DNA of 38,469 nucleotides from Stramenopiles sp. TOSAG23-2. Its lineage: Eukaryota. Location: positions 1-38,469 of the forward strand of contig LT649316.1 in NCBI GenBank assembly GCA_900128395.1, in the 5' to 3' direction. Every line of letters begins with the position of its first letter. Position 1 is the stretch's first letter. Made by a program: the position numbers and the translations under genes. This document shows positions 9,724-20,935 of the stretch, piece by piece. The notes under the pieces are model-generated. The model was not told where the DNA came from, did not search any database, and saw only the letters and a program-made list of their open reading frames with translations.

Positions 9724-12700
9724 CTATTTTCCATGCATTGGATGATCTAATGCACGACTGGCATCTTCCAAGGCACCAATGACATGATTGACTCGATGTG
9801 CTGTTTGTGTTAAATGGCTTTCATGTTGTCTACTACGCTCATGATGACGCAATAATTCCTCGTGTGCCGTACTAATATTACCACCAATGTCCGTGCCAGC
9901 ATATGATGAAGGAACAAGTGATTCTGTATAATCTGTCCCAGTCATTATAGAATCAGTATCATATTCACTTACACTAGGGGTCATATCATGATCATCGAAA
10001 CCATCGCCGAAACTATTCAAGAAATCTTCCACATGTTTAGCATGTGCCTCTTCATCATGATTACCTTGTTGTCCTAGATCCATCATGCCATCATCGCCGC
10101 CACCCTCATTATGAGTTTGTTCTAATTGTGCTAATAACCCTTCGAATTCATGATGTTGCATGGCTTGATGTTCATCGCCATCATCTAATCCTAAACCTAA
10201 AGATAAATCTTCCATTCCCGTCATATCGTTAGGATCATGACCCATTGCTGCTAATGCGGCACTAAAATCATCATGTGCATCTTCTGGTGAATTAGCTTCC
10301 GTTGCATCATGTCCATCAAAGCCTAAATTATCTAATCCAATATTATCATCAAATACTTTATCATGTTCTTGTCGCTCCTGCTCTTCCTGTATGGCGTGAT
10401 TAATTATTGTTTTCTCTGTCTCAAATCCTAAATGCATATCTTCTTCATCCTCCTTATGTTTGTCTTTCATAGCTTTTAATTCTTCATCGTGCTGTTGTTG
10501 TAATTTTAACAACGCATTTTTCTTGTTTCGACCGCCAAATTTTTTCTTACTCAATTTTTGTCTTTCTTTTTCCATTTCTTGATCATGAAGTTTTTTCATA
10601 TGATCAAGTTCTACGTCATGCATATCTTTCATTTCCGCAGTTGCTTTTACTTCTGCATCTTTCAGCTGTTTAGCTTCCATTTCAGCTGCGCTTAATTGAC
10701 GCTTCATATCTGCATTTTCCATTTTCGCAACTGTTAAAGAATGCTCGTGCATTTCTTGCTGCCTACTCATTTGAGTTTGTAACATCTCAAGCTTATCATC
10801 ATGTGCTTTTTTCATTTCATCTTGTTGTTCCGCATACATTTTTGCCATTTCTTCTGCTATTCGCTGTTCACTTTGTTGTCGCATTTCTTCACTTTGCTGT
10901 TCAGCCTTTTTCTTTTGGGCCATCATCTTTAAATTAGATGCAAAACCTTTATGTTTATTTGCTTGTAATTGTTGTTGGAGCATTTGTTTTTCTTCATCGT
11001 GACGGGACAATGCATCTTGATGCAATTCTTCATACTCACGCCGCTTGCGCTCTGCTTCTGCATGCCTTCGCTCTGCATCTGCATGTCTACGCGCAAAATC
11101 AGCCTTTTCCTGCTGTTGTCTCTGCAATTCATTTTCCATCATTTGCATTTTGACTTGCATATCTATTTTCTCTTTGCTAGTTGCAGTGGCATTTTTCATT
11201 TTCGAAGCAAATTGTGCTTGTCGCATACTTTGCATTTCTTGTTGCATTCTTTGCATTTCTAATTCTTTTTCTTTTAGTTGATTTTGATAATTACTATGAA
11301 GATGCTGTTTATGTCCTTTATTAAAAAGATTATGAAGTTTTTGTTTACGTTGAAATCGACTTTCCATATCGTCGCCTCCACGCTGTTGTTTTCTACCACG
11401 TTGTGTACCGCGACGATCACCACCAAAACTAGAACCATGGCGATGTTCGATATCACTTTCTACAATACTATGCATTTCTACACCAAAATGAGGTTTTGGT
11501 CGCCTGGCACTAAGATGACGGTGTGGGGAATGTACTCCATCGGTTTCCTCATCATGGCGCCTTAATTTTTCCATAAGTTCTGCTTCATGTAGCAAATCTT
11601 TCTTCTCATATTCATGCAATTTTTCAGCATCAAAATCATCACTATGTCCTAATCCTGACGATCCAAAACTATCAAGGCCAAAACTATCCATGTGGTCATC
11701 AAAATCATCTTCATATTTACTATCATTAAATGAATCGTTTTCAAGTTTTCGTTTATTTGCTTCCCAATTATACAAATGTTCTGCCCGCCTTTTCGTCGCC
11801 AAATCTCTTTTCCTATGATGCAATCGGTATTCCACCCAATTTGCCAAGTGTGGGGAAACACCTGCTTTTTGATCCAATTCTTTGGATCCTCTACCTAATG
11901 TTAAATGATCGTGTAATTTTTTACTACGAGGCAAGGTCCATCCTTTTTGCGCTTGTATACCAGGATCTTCTCCTGTTATTCCGGCTGCCATGCGTGCTGT
12001 ATTATGTTTTTGATTTCTCCCCCCTCTATGAGTTGGTGGGGAACGTGCATTTTTTGAACGAGTGGAAGATGGAGGAGAAGGCCGTATTTTTCCACCTGCA
12101 GAACGCCATGGTGGGTGGCCTTTACCTTCCATACCATCTAAAAACTCAGGATCATCTGGGATAGCTTCTGATACGCCATAATGAGGCCTACCTTTCATAG
12201 TCTGTCCTAATGATAAGTTTGGCATATCAACAGTCGATCCACCTGGAGTTATCGGTACAGGTATTCTATGCCCATGCAAATCATACGTAATTTTGACATA
12301 TTGTTTATAGCTTTGTCCTTGATCAAATCCTTGGTATTTATCTTTCGGCCTTGGTCCCTTTAAATATGGCGATTTTCCACGTGCACCACGGCCACGCCTT
12401 CTCCTGCCTCCGCGCTTTGGCCTTGGCTTTGGCTTAGGCCTTGGTGGGCCAAATACTAACGGGTCTCTATGTGGTGTCGGTTTAGCTCGATCGGGTATAT
12501 CTTCATCATCGGGACTTTTAGAGCCTTTTCCTCTTCGCCGTCTACGCCTCATAGAATTTGTATGAGTTCCTTTCATAAAACTTTTTTTATCCCCCATTTG
12601 TCTTCGTATTTCATTCATCCCATCGACAGTTTTCTTCAATTCGTTTACAGCTTCTGTTTGTACACTTTCAACAGCTTTTTGCAATCCTTCCACAGCTTGT

Positions 12701-13473
12701 TTTACTAATTTTAGCTCTTCAATATGACTTTGCGTGTCTTCTTTCTTCCATTCTGCACGTTCAATTACTTTTTTTTCACGAAGTTTTTCCGTCTCTGCAG
12801 TAGCAGCTATTTTTCGCGCTTGCGCTTGTATAACCGTAACTGCTTGTTCTTTTTTGACTAATTCTTCTTTTTTCTTCTTTGTTTCTTCTTTCGCTACTTG
12901 TATCCTAACTGCCTCTTGAACTTTTTCTGCCGCTTTTTGCTTTTCTTTAAATTCTTTTCTAGCCTTGCGCCCTCGTTCAAGCCTTTGCATTTGTATTGCA
13001 CTTTTATGTTTTATACGTTTTTCGTTTACTTTAATTCTTGCCGCCCTACTCCGTGCTGCGCATTGTATTTTTATCACTTTTTTATCTACTTTATCAACGA
13101 AGTCTATCCATTGTAACACGCGTAGCTTCTCCTCTTGCGTCAATGGGGTGTCTAATTTAGCATGATCCGCTGCTTGTGTGTATATTATATCAGGTATTTG
13201 ATTTTTTTTATCTTGTGGTAAATGTTCCATAATTCTTAAAGTTGCTATTGTTGCTAAAGCCAAAGCTTTATTTCTATCTGTACAAGGGATTATTTTGGCA
13301 CTATGATTGCATAGAAACAATGCTTTCGTCTCAAATGGTGTCGGGCGACGGGTGCCATGCTGTTCATAATCTTTTTCTAGTTGATCGACTAAAGCATTAA
13401 ATTCATGTTGATTTGCAGATTCTAAACCTTGTTGTTTTGCATCTTCTGATATATCGTGCAGTTGTTGCCACAT
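9724..13473 (-). CDS. Large IQ-motif / coiled-coil protein, 1249 aa
   Basis: Uninterrupted 3.75-kb ORF. Clustered IQ-like motifs (IQCAARSRAAR, MQRLERGRKAR, IQAQARKIAA), a basic Pro/Gly-rich middle, a long Q/E/M coiled coil and an Asp/His-rich tail. Confidence 0.85.
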   Translation of the reverse strand: MWQQLHDISEDAKQQGLESANQHEFNALVDQLEKDYEQHGTRRPTPFETKALFLCNHSAKIIPCTDRNKALALATIATLRIMEHLPQDKKNQIPDIIYTQAADHAKLDTPLTQEEKLRVLQWIDFVDKVDKKVIKIQCAARSRAARIKVNEKRIKHKSAIQMQRLERGRKARKEFKEKQKAAEKVQEAVRIQVAKEETKKKKEELVKKEQAVTVIQAQARKIAATAETEKLREKKVIERAEWKKEDTQSHIEELKLVKQAVEGLQKAVESVQTEAVNELKKTVDGMNEIRRQMGDKKSFMKGTHTNSMRRRRRRGKGSKSPDDEDIPDRAKPTPHRDPLVFGPPRPKPKPRPKRGGRRRRGRGARGKSPYLKGPRPKDKYQGFDQGQSYKQYVKITYDLHGHRIPVPITPGGSTVDMPNLSLGQTMKGRPHYGVSEAIPDDPEFLDGMEGKGHPPWRSAGGKIRPSPPSSTRSKNARSPPTHRGGRNQKHNTARMAAGITGEDPGIQAQKGWTLPRSKKLHDHLTLGRGSKELDQKAGVSPHLANWVEYRLHHRKRDLATKRRAEHLYNWEANKRKLENDSFNDSKYEDDFDDHMDSFGLDSFGSSGLGHSDDFDAEKLHEYEKKDLLHEAELMEKLRRHDEETDGVHSPHRHLSARRPKPHFGVEMHSIVESDIEHRHGSSFGGDRRGTQRGRKQQRGGDDMESRFQRKQKLHNLFNKGHKQHLHSNYQNQLKEKELEMQRMQQEMQSMRQAQFASKMKNATATSKEKIDMQVKMQMMENELQRQQQEKADFARRHADAERRHAEAERKRREYEELHQDALSRHDEEKQMLQQQLQANKHKGFASNLKMMAQKKKAEQQSEEMRQQSEQRIAEEMAKMYAEQQDEMKKAHDDKLEMLQTQMSRQQEMHEHSLTVAKMENADMKRQLSAAEMEAKQLKDAEVKATAEMKDMHDVELDHMKKLHDQEMEKERQKLSKKKFGGRNKKNALLKLQQQHDEELKAMKDKHKEDEEDMHLGFETEKTIINHAIQEEQERQEHDKVFDDNIGLDNLGFDGHDATEANSPEDAHDDFSAALAAMGHDPNDMTGMEDLSLGLGLDDGDEHQAMQHHEFEGLLAQLEQTHNEGGGDDGMMDLGQQGNHDEEAHAKHVEDFLNSFGDGFDDHDMTPSVSEYDTDSIMTGTDYTESLVPSSYAGTDIGGNISTAHEELLRHHERSRQHESHLTQTAHRVNHVIGALEDASRALDHPMHGK

Positions 13474-14266
13474 TATAATTTATTTAACTGCTAAATATTA
13501 CTAAAGGAACGAAAAGACAAAAATAGTAATATAATAAAAAATGTATCAAACCAACAAAACACCAAGAAAAATATATCTATATACTGTTAATATTGATTTC
13601 AGGATGTATATGTATCAATGTATATTATATATCAAAACAGGGATAATTATGGTAAGTTTGTTTTTTATTTGCTGAAATGACTTGCGTGTAGTATAGTTTA
13701 CATATATACTACAGTCTTTATTATTATTTATAAGTTGTATACAAAGCTGGAAAGTGGGAAGAAAGAAGAAAGTAACAACTAAAAAAAACTTTAACTGCAT
13801 CACCCATCGCCCTATCAATCTTGTTTCTTAGCACTAGTCTAAGCATTTTCATCTAAATCTAAATCTTATGCTATATTTTTATTTGAGGAGGAGGCGTTTA
13901 CCGTATAACGACTTATAACATGGTTTAGGATATTAATTGTGAAATGCTGTTGTTTCGATGTCCACATACTTACTATTTTTTGATATTGTATAATACTATC
14001 CTGTAGCAGCGTTTCTTTACTTATGAAGGGGGGCTTGTATTTGTGTAGAGTATTGGTTTGGCACCCTCGTTAACTCTTATCACATACTATCACTTTGTAT
14101 ATGGGAAAGTCTCCTTCACATTTTTTTTGTCATTTGGTGTTGTAGTGTTGACATGTTACCTGGTAATGTGGTTGACGATACTATCGATATCCTCTCTGTC
14201 GATATTATTTTAATAATCGTCCCGCCCAACAAAATACAATACAATATAATATACAGTATTACTGTA

Positions 14267-14720
14267 TATATATACTATATTTACTCATTTCATATTTTCA
14301 ATCGAACTAGATTATGCTATCATTGTCGTAATAGTATGTATGATACGCTGATTATTTGCGAAAGGAATAGCCAAAAGACATATTACCATCATGACCAACG
14401 AAGATGCCCGAAAATTCAAACAATAATGACGATATAAAAGATAAAGCTGTGTCTTCACCACCAAAATCTCCTGTAAATAAAAAGAGCAATCGTTATATAT
14501 ACTATATTTACTCATTTCATATTTTCAATCGAACTAGATTATGCTATCATTGTCGTAATAGTATGTATGATACGCTGATTATTTGCGAAAGGAATAGCCA
14601 AAAGACATATTACCATCATGACCAACGAAGATGCCCGAAAATTCAAACAATAATGACGATATAAAAGATAAAGCTGTGTCTTCACCACCAAAATCTCCTG
14701 TAAATAAAAAGAGCAATCGT
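14267..14720. repeat. Tandem duplication, 227-bp unit, spanning a start codon
   Basis: 14267-14493 = 14494-14720, giving twin starts at 14404 and 14631. Confidence 0.95.
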
Positions 14721-17156
14721 AAAGCGAAAAGTGGTAAATCCTCTCCATCGAAGCATAAGTATGACGTACACTATCACGATTGGGAAGACGAGGAAATAGC
14801 AAATTTAATGGCAACTGTAGCGGAAGCCCCAGGTGATCTTGGGCATAAAGCAAAATGGAGATGGATTGCTAAAAATATGATTACTGAACGTGTTTTTACA
14901 TATCACGATTGTCATCATGCTTACAGTAGCCATCAACATCATCTTCAAACAATGAAAGAAGCAGAAATATCGAAACAAGAAGAAGAAGAGAAAGAGAAGA
15001 AACGTTTGGAAGACGAAGCAGCAAGATTGAAGCTAAAGCAAGAAAATTGGAATCTCGCATACCATAAACGATGTCTCAAGTGGATTGAAAATGAAAATTC
15101 ATTTTGTAAAAAGCTAGCTGACTGTAGAAATGCAAATGAACTTTACAATTTCTTACACGATATCATTACAAATAAAAATGATATCAACAATGTAATATAT
15201 CAAATATGCCCATTTAAATGGATTAAATTGGTGGAAGAAAAATGTATACATGATAAAAATATCGAATGGAACGATAATTTATCATTAATTTTTGGTAAAA
15301 TGTTGCATATTTTTGATAATTTTTATTTTGACGGATGTGCTGACAATAAGTTAAATGAATCTGTTAAAAATGCTCGAGAAATATTGGTTGATACATGGGA
15401 TTATGAATCTTCCACTTCATTGTATTTAAACGAAGTAGTTCCATTAGCACAAGGACTTTTTGGTAACAACAACATTGTAAATAATGTTGGCATGGCGCAA
15501 GTAGATTTAAATTGCGCAAGAGTTGAATTAGAGGTTATCAAGGAAAGCACATATGATGAAGCGTTTAGCCCATCTAAAAATTATAAAAATAATGTAAAAA
15601 AAGGACTTGAACATGCATATAAATCTTTTCAATTTTTCAAAAACCTTGTTACAGATCAGTTGAGAAAACATGGTGACGGAGAAGAAGAAGATGCTGGCAA
15701 TGATAATAACGGTCCATATCACCAATCTATTTATTTTTGGTATTTTTATTCCTTTCATATATATTGCAGGGCATTGTATTGTTCAGGTTATACTACTGGA
15801 ATAGGTGCATGGCATACCTCGCGTAAAATACAGCGCACAAATGCTACTACGACGATTGATATTTCAGCGAAAATGGTTGTTGATTCATTTATTGAAAAAG
15901 CTGTAGAGGACAAACAGGTGAAAGAATATAAAAACCGTAGAAGTGTGGAACGAAAACGATTAAAAAGTTTAAATATTGACGACTTGGATACGAAGATTGA
16001 AAAATTAAGAAAAGAATATCGTGCTATAAAAAAAACTATTAAGAAAGTAGGTGCTAGAGCACAAAAAAAATGTGATGAATTAGCACATTTAGTGCGAGAA
16101 ACAGAGGAAGATAAAAAAGTAGTTGTAGCTTTAAATAGACAGGATAAAAATAATTTTGCAAAGCAAGATGCAAAACGTATAATGAAGAAACGAGTTGATG
16201 TTACTGTTGGGGTACGTTTACCCCCAACATTGCGTAATGTAAAAACCGAAATGAAAATGAAAGAGGAAGAAATTAGTGCAAGTGCAAATAAAGTTAGGGA
16301 GGAAGTGGACAACGCATTTACTCCACGTTGCAATGATTTTGAACTAGCAAAGAAATATTTTACAAACTGTTTACAATTATACAATAGTAATGAAATACAT
16401 GTTGATATAATAGATGGCTTTAAAGTAGTAAAGGAGAAAGAAGAAAGCGAAGGTAAAATGAACGATATAAATGACAACGTTGGGGTAAAAGACGAGAATG
16501 ATACAAATTCTACTATTGCCAAAAAGATACCAAATACAGAGACAATAGGGAATGCAATAATAGAAGAAGATTTGGTTTTAATTGAAAAATATCGAAATAT
16601 GTATTTAACAAATTACCATAAAGCTTTAATACATGCTGATATTGGACGTATGAATTATTATGTAGCCGTTGTTGCAGAAGCCGAAGGTTTAAGTATAACA
16701 GGGTATAAATTGGAACCTACATATTGCTATAAAGTCGCAATAGCGAATTATAATAAAGCAATGAATACATTTGAATCCAACGGTACATCATTATGCCCGG
16801 TATTTGCAATAATGTGTGAAGATTTAGCTGAAGTTTATTCTAGAAGAAAAGACTGGGGTGATCAAAGCGAGGCATTTACACTTTGCACTAAAGCTGCTGT
16901 TATATGGGATACCTTAGGCGAATACGATAAAAAAGATCATGTAATGGAGCAAGCAAGGTTATATAGTATGTATACCATCGATGATAATGCTGTCAAGGCA
17001 TATTTGCAGTTCCAAAAAGAAATGAGAAAGTTAAAAATTGAAGATTTAGAAGGCCCAGAAGAACGTAGAAGAAGGATAAAGTTAGGATTAGATAAGGAGG
17101 AGGAACAAGAAGAAGGGGAACAGTGTAATAATAAAGAAGGATCTAAAAAAAAGTGA
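14631..17156 (+). CDS. Hypothetical 841-aa protein with an N-terminal Myb/SANT-like repeat, a coiled coil and C-terminal TPR-like helices
   Basis: WEDEE..L.......KWRWIA.......T..DC...Y spacing, and the helices AIANYNKAM / LAEVYSRR / AFTLCTKAAVIW. Domain calls are by eye. Confidence 0.75.
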   Translation: MPENSNNNDDIKDKAVSSPPKSPVNKKSNRKAKSGKSSPSKHKYDVHYHDWEDEEIANLMATVAEAPGDLGHKAKWRWIAKNMITERVFTYHDCHHAYSSHQHHLQTMKEAEISKQEEEEKEKKRLEDEAARLKLKQENWNLAYHKRCLKWIENENSFCKKLADCRNANELYNFLHDIITNKNDINNVIYQICPFKWIKLVEEKCIHDKNIEWNDNLSLIFGKMLHIFDNFYFDGCADNKLNESVKNAREILVDTWDYESSTSLYLNEVVPLAQGLFGNNNIVNNVGMAQVDLNCARVELEVIKESTYDEAFSPSKNYKNNVKKGLEHAYKSFQFFKNLVTDQLRKHGDGEEEDAGNDNNGPYHQSIYFWYFYSFHIYCRALYCSGYTTGIGAWHTSRKIQRTNATTTIDISAKMVVDSFIEKAVEDKQVKEYKNRRSVERKRLKSLNIDDLDTKIEKLRKEYRAIKKTIKKVGARAQKKCDELAHLVRETEEDKKVVVALNRQDKNNFAKQDAKRIMKKRVDVTVGVRLPPTLRNVKTEMKMKEEEISASANKVREEVDNAFTPRCNDFELAKKYFTNCLQLYNSNEIHVDIIDGFKVVKEKEESEGKMNDINDNVGVKDENDTNSTIAKKIPNTETIGNAIIEEDLVLIEKYRNMYLTNYHKALIHADIGRMNYYVAVVAEAEGLSITGYKLEPTYCYKVAIANYNKAMNTFESNGTSLCPVFAIMCEDLAEVYSRRKDWGDQSEAFTLCTKAAVIWDTLGEYDKKDHVMEQARLYSMYTIDDNAVKAYLQFQKEMRKLKIEDLEGPEERRRRIKLGLDKEEEQEEGEQCNNKEGSKKK

Positions 17157-18873
17157 AAAAAAAAACTTTCAATTTTGCAATTTCCTCTGCTTTCAATAAA
17201 TGATCTGTATTAGGACTTAATAATGCATCTAATCCTTTTTCTAATGCACTGGATGGTGATAAATGCTTCAAACGACCTGCTTGAATAGTCTTTACATCTC
17301 GTGCCGAGGAGCTCAAAATACTTTGATAACAAGTTTTATCTATTAAAAATAAAAATAAAGAGCAAACAACAGCAACACCTGAAATGATAGAAAAAACAAT
17401 TTCTAATGTTTTATATTGATCGATCGTCGCTGTTTTCCCAAGGATTGGTGCAATAGATAGCGGTGCTACTGCCAAACCTAAATTTTGTAATGCAGTCATT
17501 AAACCATATGCTGAACCTAAATTGTCTAAAGGTACGATCAAGGCAACCATTGGCCATAATGATGCCGCGCATATAGCATATGTGACGCCCATCCATACCA
17601 TACCATACGTAGGATCTAAATCAGTAAATGCAAAAGATAAATGTATACTACATAATGAAACACATGCAAGAATAACAAAATGAATACTAAATCCTACTTT
17701 GTCGAGTATAAACCCTAAAAATGGAGATGCAATAGCGCTGACACTATATGGAATAGCAACATATAAACTTGCGTCATCTTCCGTTGCATCATATTTTTTC
17801 ATAAAAAATTCTGCCGCAACTTGAATAAATACAAAAACTGGTACGTAAAAGGTAACGCAAATTACATATATAAGGCATTCTCGAAGTTTAAATGCTTGCA
17901 TGACAGAACTGCAATTAATTGATTCACCTTTATTTTCACCATCATCATCATCACTATCGTCATTATTGTTGTCTTCTTTAGAACCATTATTTGTAATCCC
18001 AACAACAACATTAGCTTTTTCACCAAGTCGATCCATGTATGATAATGTGATTGATACACAAAATGAAGCTAAGCACAACAATACGCTGACCCATAAGGCC
18101 CATGTAAAGCCGTACTTTTTTGCAACAGGAGTTTCTACAACAAAATTAGTTGCTGAGCCAATACGACTAAAACTTAAAGTTATCGCAAATGCCGTTGCTA
18201 TCTGCAAAAATCCATCATGCCCACGAAACCATTTACCAGTCATTGTCGACTGAGCAACAGATAACGATTCGCCACCAAGTCCAAATACAAAACGACCAAA
18301 GATTGCAATATAAAAAGGAACATATGAATCAGCAGGGAATATTGAATAAAGACTACCTGCCGTGGCCACTATAGCAGTCCCTAAAAGTACTAATCCAGAA
18401 AATACAACTGCAGCTTTACCTACACCTAAATAACTATCGATGATCCATCCTCCAATAAATGGTTGGATCGTATTTGGCCAGGAATATACGGAATATAACG
18501 CTAAATAATTGAAAGTATCGTTATGGCATAGGTGCTGTTTAAAATATTCTGTCAATGCCGCGGGGTTATCATATGAATAATACGAACCATACGTCAATAA
18601 ACAACTAAATATTAATACAAATATACGAAATGTTTCACTAAATGGTGTACAACAACAAAACGAATATCCACCTTCATCATCAACATCATCCGTTCTACGT
18701 AATAATGGTTTCGAAGGATCATTTTTATTTTCTTTGAAAAAACTTTGTGCACTATTAAATTTCTTATTCAATTCCGGTGATTTAAAATCAGTTGTATCAC
18801 TATCTAATTCAGTAATAGGCCTCATATTATTATTATCACTATTATTGATGGAGTGGTAATTATTATTGTCCAT
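17143..18873 (-). CDS. MFSD1: Major facilitator superfamily transporter, MFSD1-like
   Basis: GSYYSYDNPAAL, LYSVYSWPN, GRFVFGLGGESLSVAQ, SRIGS..N, ASLWPMVA..VP and G.AYG.M...QNLGLA motifs, with about 12 TM segments. Confidence 0.88.
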   Translation of the reverse strand: MDNNNYHSINNSDNNNMRPITELDSDTTDFKSPELNKKFNSAQSFFKENKNDPSKPLLRRTDDVDDEGGYSFCCCTPFSETFRIFVLIFSCLLTYGSYYSYDNPAALTEYFKQHLCHNDTFNYLALYSVYSWPNTIQPFIGGWIIDSYLGVGKAAVVFSGLVLLGTAIVATAGSLYSIFPADSYVPFYIAIFGRFVFGLGGESLSVAQSTMTGKWFRGHDGFLQIATAFAITLSFSRIGSATNFVVETPVAKKYGFTWALWVSVLLCLASFCVSITLSYMDRLGEKANVVVGITNNGSKEDNNNDDSDDDDGENKGESINCSSVMQAFKLRECLIYVICVTFYVPVFVFIQVAAEFFMKKYDATEDDASLYVAIPYSVSAIASPFLGFILDKVGFSIHFVILACVSLCSIHLSFAFTDLDPTYGMVWMGVTYAICAASLWPMVALIVPLDNLGSAYGLMTALQNLGLAVAPLSIAPILGKTATIDQYKTLEIVFSIISGVAVVCSLFLFLIDKTCYQSILSSSARDVKTIQAGRLKHLSPSSALEKGLDALLSPNTDHLLKAEEIAKLKVFFFTFF

Positions 18874-19286
18874 ATAATTATTTTAATAACCAAAAACAAA
18901 AAGAATAAATTAGCAAAATTAAATAAATTATTTATATTATAATATTATATACACAGCGCTAACGATTAATGGCAGGAAAATTTATATACAGTAAATACAC
19001 AATGGTTGCAATGTGAGAGAGGAATCGACGATAATGGATGTTGTTGGAATTGTACTATAATATATGTTTTTTTGATAAACCGTTTGTTTTTGTTCGCAAT
19101 GTGAGAGAGGAATCGACGATAATGGATGTTGTTGGAATTGTACTATAATATATGTTTTTTTGATAAACCGTTTGTTTTTGTTCTATTTGTTGTAGTAAAT
19201 CGATTAGTGCATTGTGCCATTCTGGCATTGCAGGAGTTGCCACATTCTTTTTTTATTTTTTTTTTGAGGGAAATGTTTACCTTAAA
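18706..19286. repeat. Left copy of the long direct repeat (MFSD1 5' CDS plus promoter)
   Basis: 18706-19091 matches 20954-21339 (386 bp, one substitution seen). Looser similarity continues to GTTTACCTTAAA (19286 / 21407). Confidence 0.93.
19008..19183. repeat. Tandem duplication, 88-bp unit, intergenic
   Basis: 19008-19095 = 19096-19183. Confidence 0.95.
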
Positions 19287-19783
19287 TAGAAAATAGAATA
19301 CACACAGCATTACAGGTGATTGACCCTGGAAATAACATAGTATATCAAGACTAAGACATTATATACTATGTTATTTTTATTCAACCCTATGTGACATTTT
19401 TAAATTTTAAGACCTGCTGTATGCTGTATACCTACTATTTTATGTGACATATAACACCTGCTGTGTACCTGGGGCAAAACGGAGAAATATCGTGTATGAA
19501 AATGAAAATGAATCTTGGATATTTTTGACACAGCATCGGAATACCATATACTAAAGAACAAAAGAGTTTTTTTTTGCGAAAAGACGACTCGTAACTTTAA
19601 AGCAGCAGGTACATACCATTATTATTATTATTATAGCAAAACGTTGTTTCGTAATAAAAAAACAAAAGAAGTTGGTAAAAAAAAATATACATTCTAGATG
19701 AAGCACAGAGTATATATGGAAATTGATAGAGAAAAGATACAAAGAGAAACGAAACAATAGAAGCATATACACAGTGACAAGAT

Positions 19784-20863
19784 ATGAATTTAAATTATAT
19801 TCATGTTGTAAGGCGTGCATTGGTAATATTCCTTTTGGGATTTATGTGCAATGCTGCAGCTACAGGACAACCGGCATCAACAAATCAAATTTCCTTCGTT
19901 TCGCTTGGGGATTGGGGTTGTGCTGGAATTGATTCAGCCCGAAAAAAAAGTGAACAAACTGTTGCAGATGCATTTGCAAACGTATCTGCAAATTTGAGTG
20001 CAACTTTCATTTTAAACACGGGTGATAATTTTTATTACTATGGAGTAAAGTCTATTGACGATCCGCTATGGCAAACTAACTTTGAAAAAGTTTATAACCA
20101 ACCATCTTTAATGAAGAAATGGTATAGTGTGCTAGGGAATCATGATTATGGCTTTAATCCAGAAGCTCAAGTGCAGTATACTAGTCCAAATAACAATCGT
20201 TGGGTACTTCCATCAAGGTATTATTCACAAAGAGTTCAATTAGGAAATACGAAATCTTATGCGACATTGATTATGTTGGATACAAATCCCTGCATTGCAA
20301 ATTACCGCGACGATGATCCAGCAAAATGGGATCCGTGCGGTTCGGATATTAAAGGCCCAACAGATTGCAAATTTCATCAAAATGTCGTCAGAGAAAATTG
20401 TACTGCACAATACGTCTGGTTAAAAAAATTAATTCCACGTATACCCAAAGACGATTGGGTTATTGCAGTAGGTCACCATCCTCTTGATGAGATTGATGTT
20501 CTTGATTTTGTATCATTGCTTCAGGGTGCAAAAATACATCTATATTTGAATGGCCATACACATGCTATGTCAGTATATACAGTTAATGATCTGCCATGTG
20601 TTACATCAGGTGGCGGTTGCATGGTGAACTTGGAAAAAGAAGAAGAACCAACAACAAAAAAGAAATCTACTTTACGAAAATATATAGTAGGAAATCTTGA
20701 AAACTATCATGTAAAACACATCACTCACAATTATACAGAGGTATGGAATAAAAAAAGTGCAGGATTTACAACTCATACATTTTCTATGGATATGAAGGAG
20801 TTAACAACAACCGTGATGGATGGATTTGGTCAGAAAATGTACGAATTCTCTGTGAAAAAATGA
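19784..20863 (+). CDS. Secreted purple / tartrate-resistant acid phosphatase (ACP5-like metallophosphoesterase)
   Basis: Signal peptide-like N-terminus and all metal-ligand motifs: GDWG, GDNFY, GNHDY, VGHH, GHTH. Confidence 0.92.
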   Translation: MNLNYIHVVRRALVIFLLGFMCNAAATGQPASTNQISFVSLGDWGCAGIDSARKKSEQTVADAFANVSANLSATFILNTGDNFYYYGVKSIDDPLWQTNFEKVYNQPSLMKKWYSVLGNHDYGFNPEAQVQYTSPNNNRWVLPSRYYSQRVQLGNTKSYATLIMLDTNPCIANYRDDDPAKWDPCGSDIKGPTDCKFHQNVVRENCTAQYVWLKKLIPRIPKDDWVIAVGHHPLDEIDVLDFVSLLQGAKIHLYLNGHTHAMSVYTVNDLPCVTSGGGCMVNLEKEEEPTTKKKSTLRKYIVGNLENYHVKHITHNYTEVWNKKSAGFTTHTFSMDMKELTTTVMDGFGQKMYEFSVKK

Positions 20864-20935
20864 AAAACAAAAGAGAGTGTTAAAATACATTTTTGTACTC
20901 TCGTACATATTTTTTTATTATATAATATACAAAAG

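Noticed and set aside
13474-14260. Upstream coding exons for the IQ protein
   Set aside because: A pyrimidine tract plus AG near 13501 (minus strand) suggests a 5' intron, but no convincing donor or open exon could be assigned.
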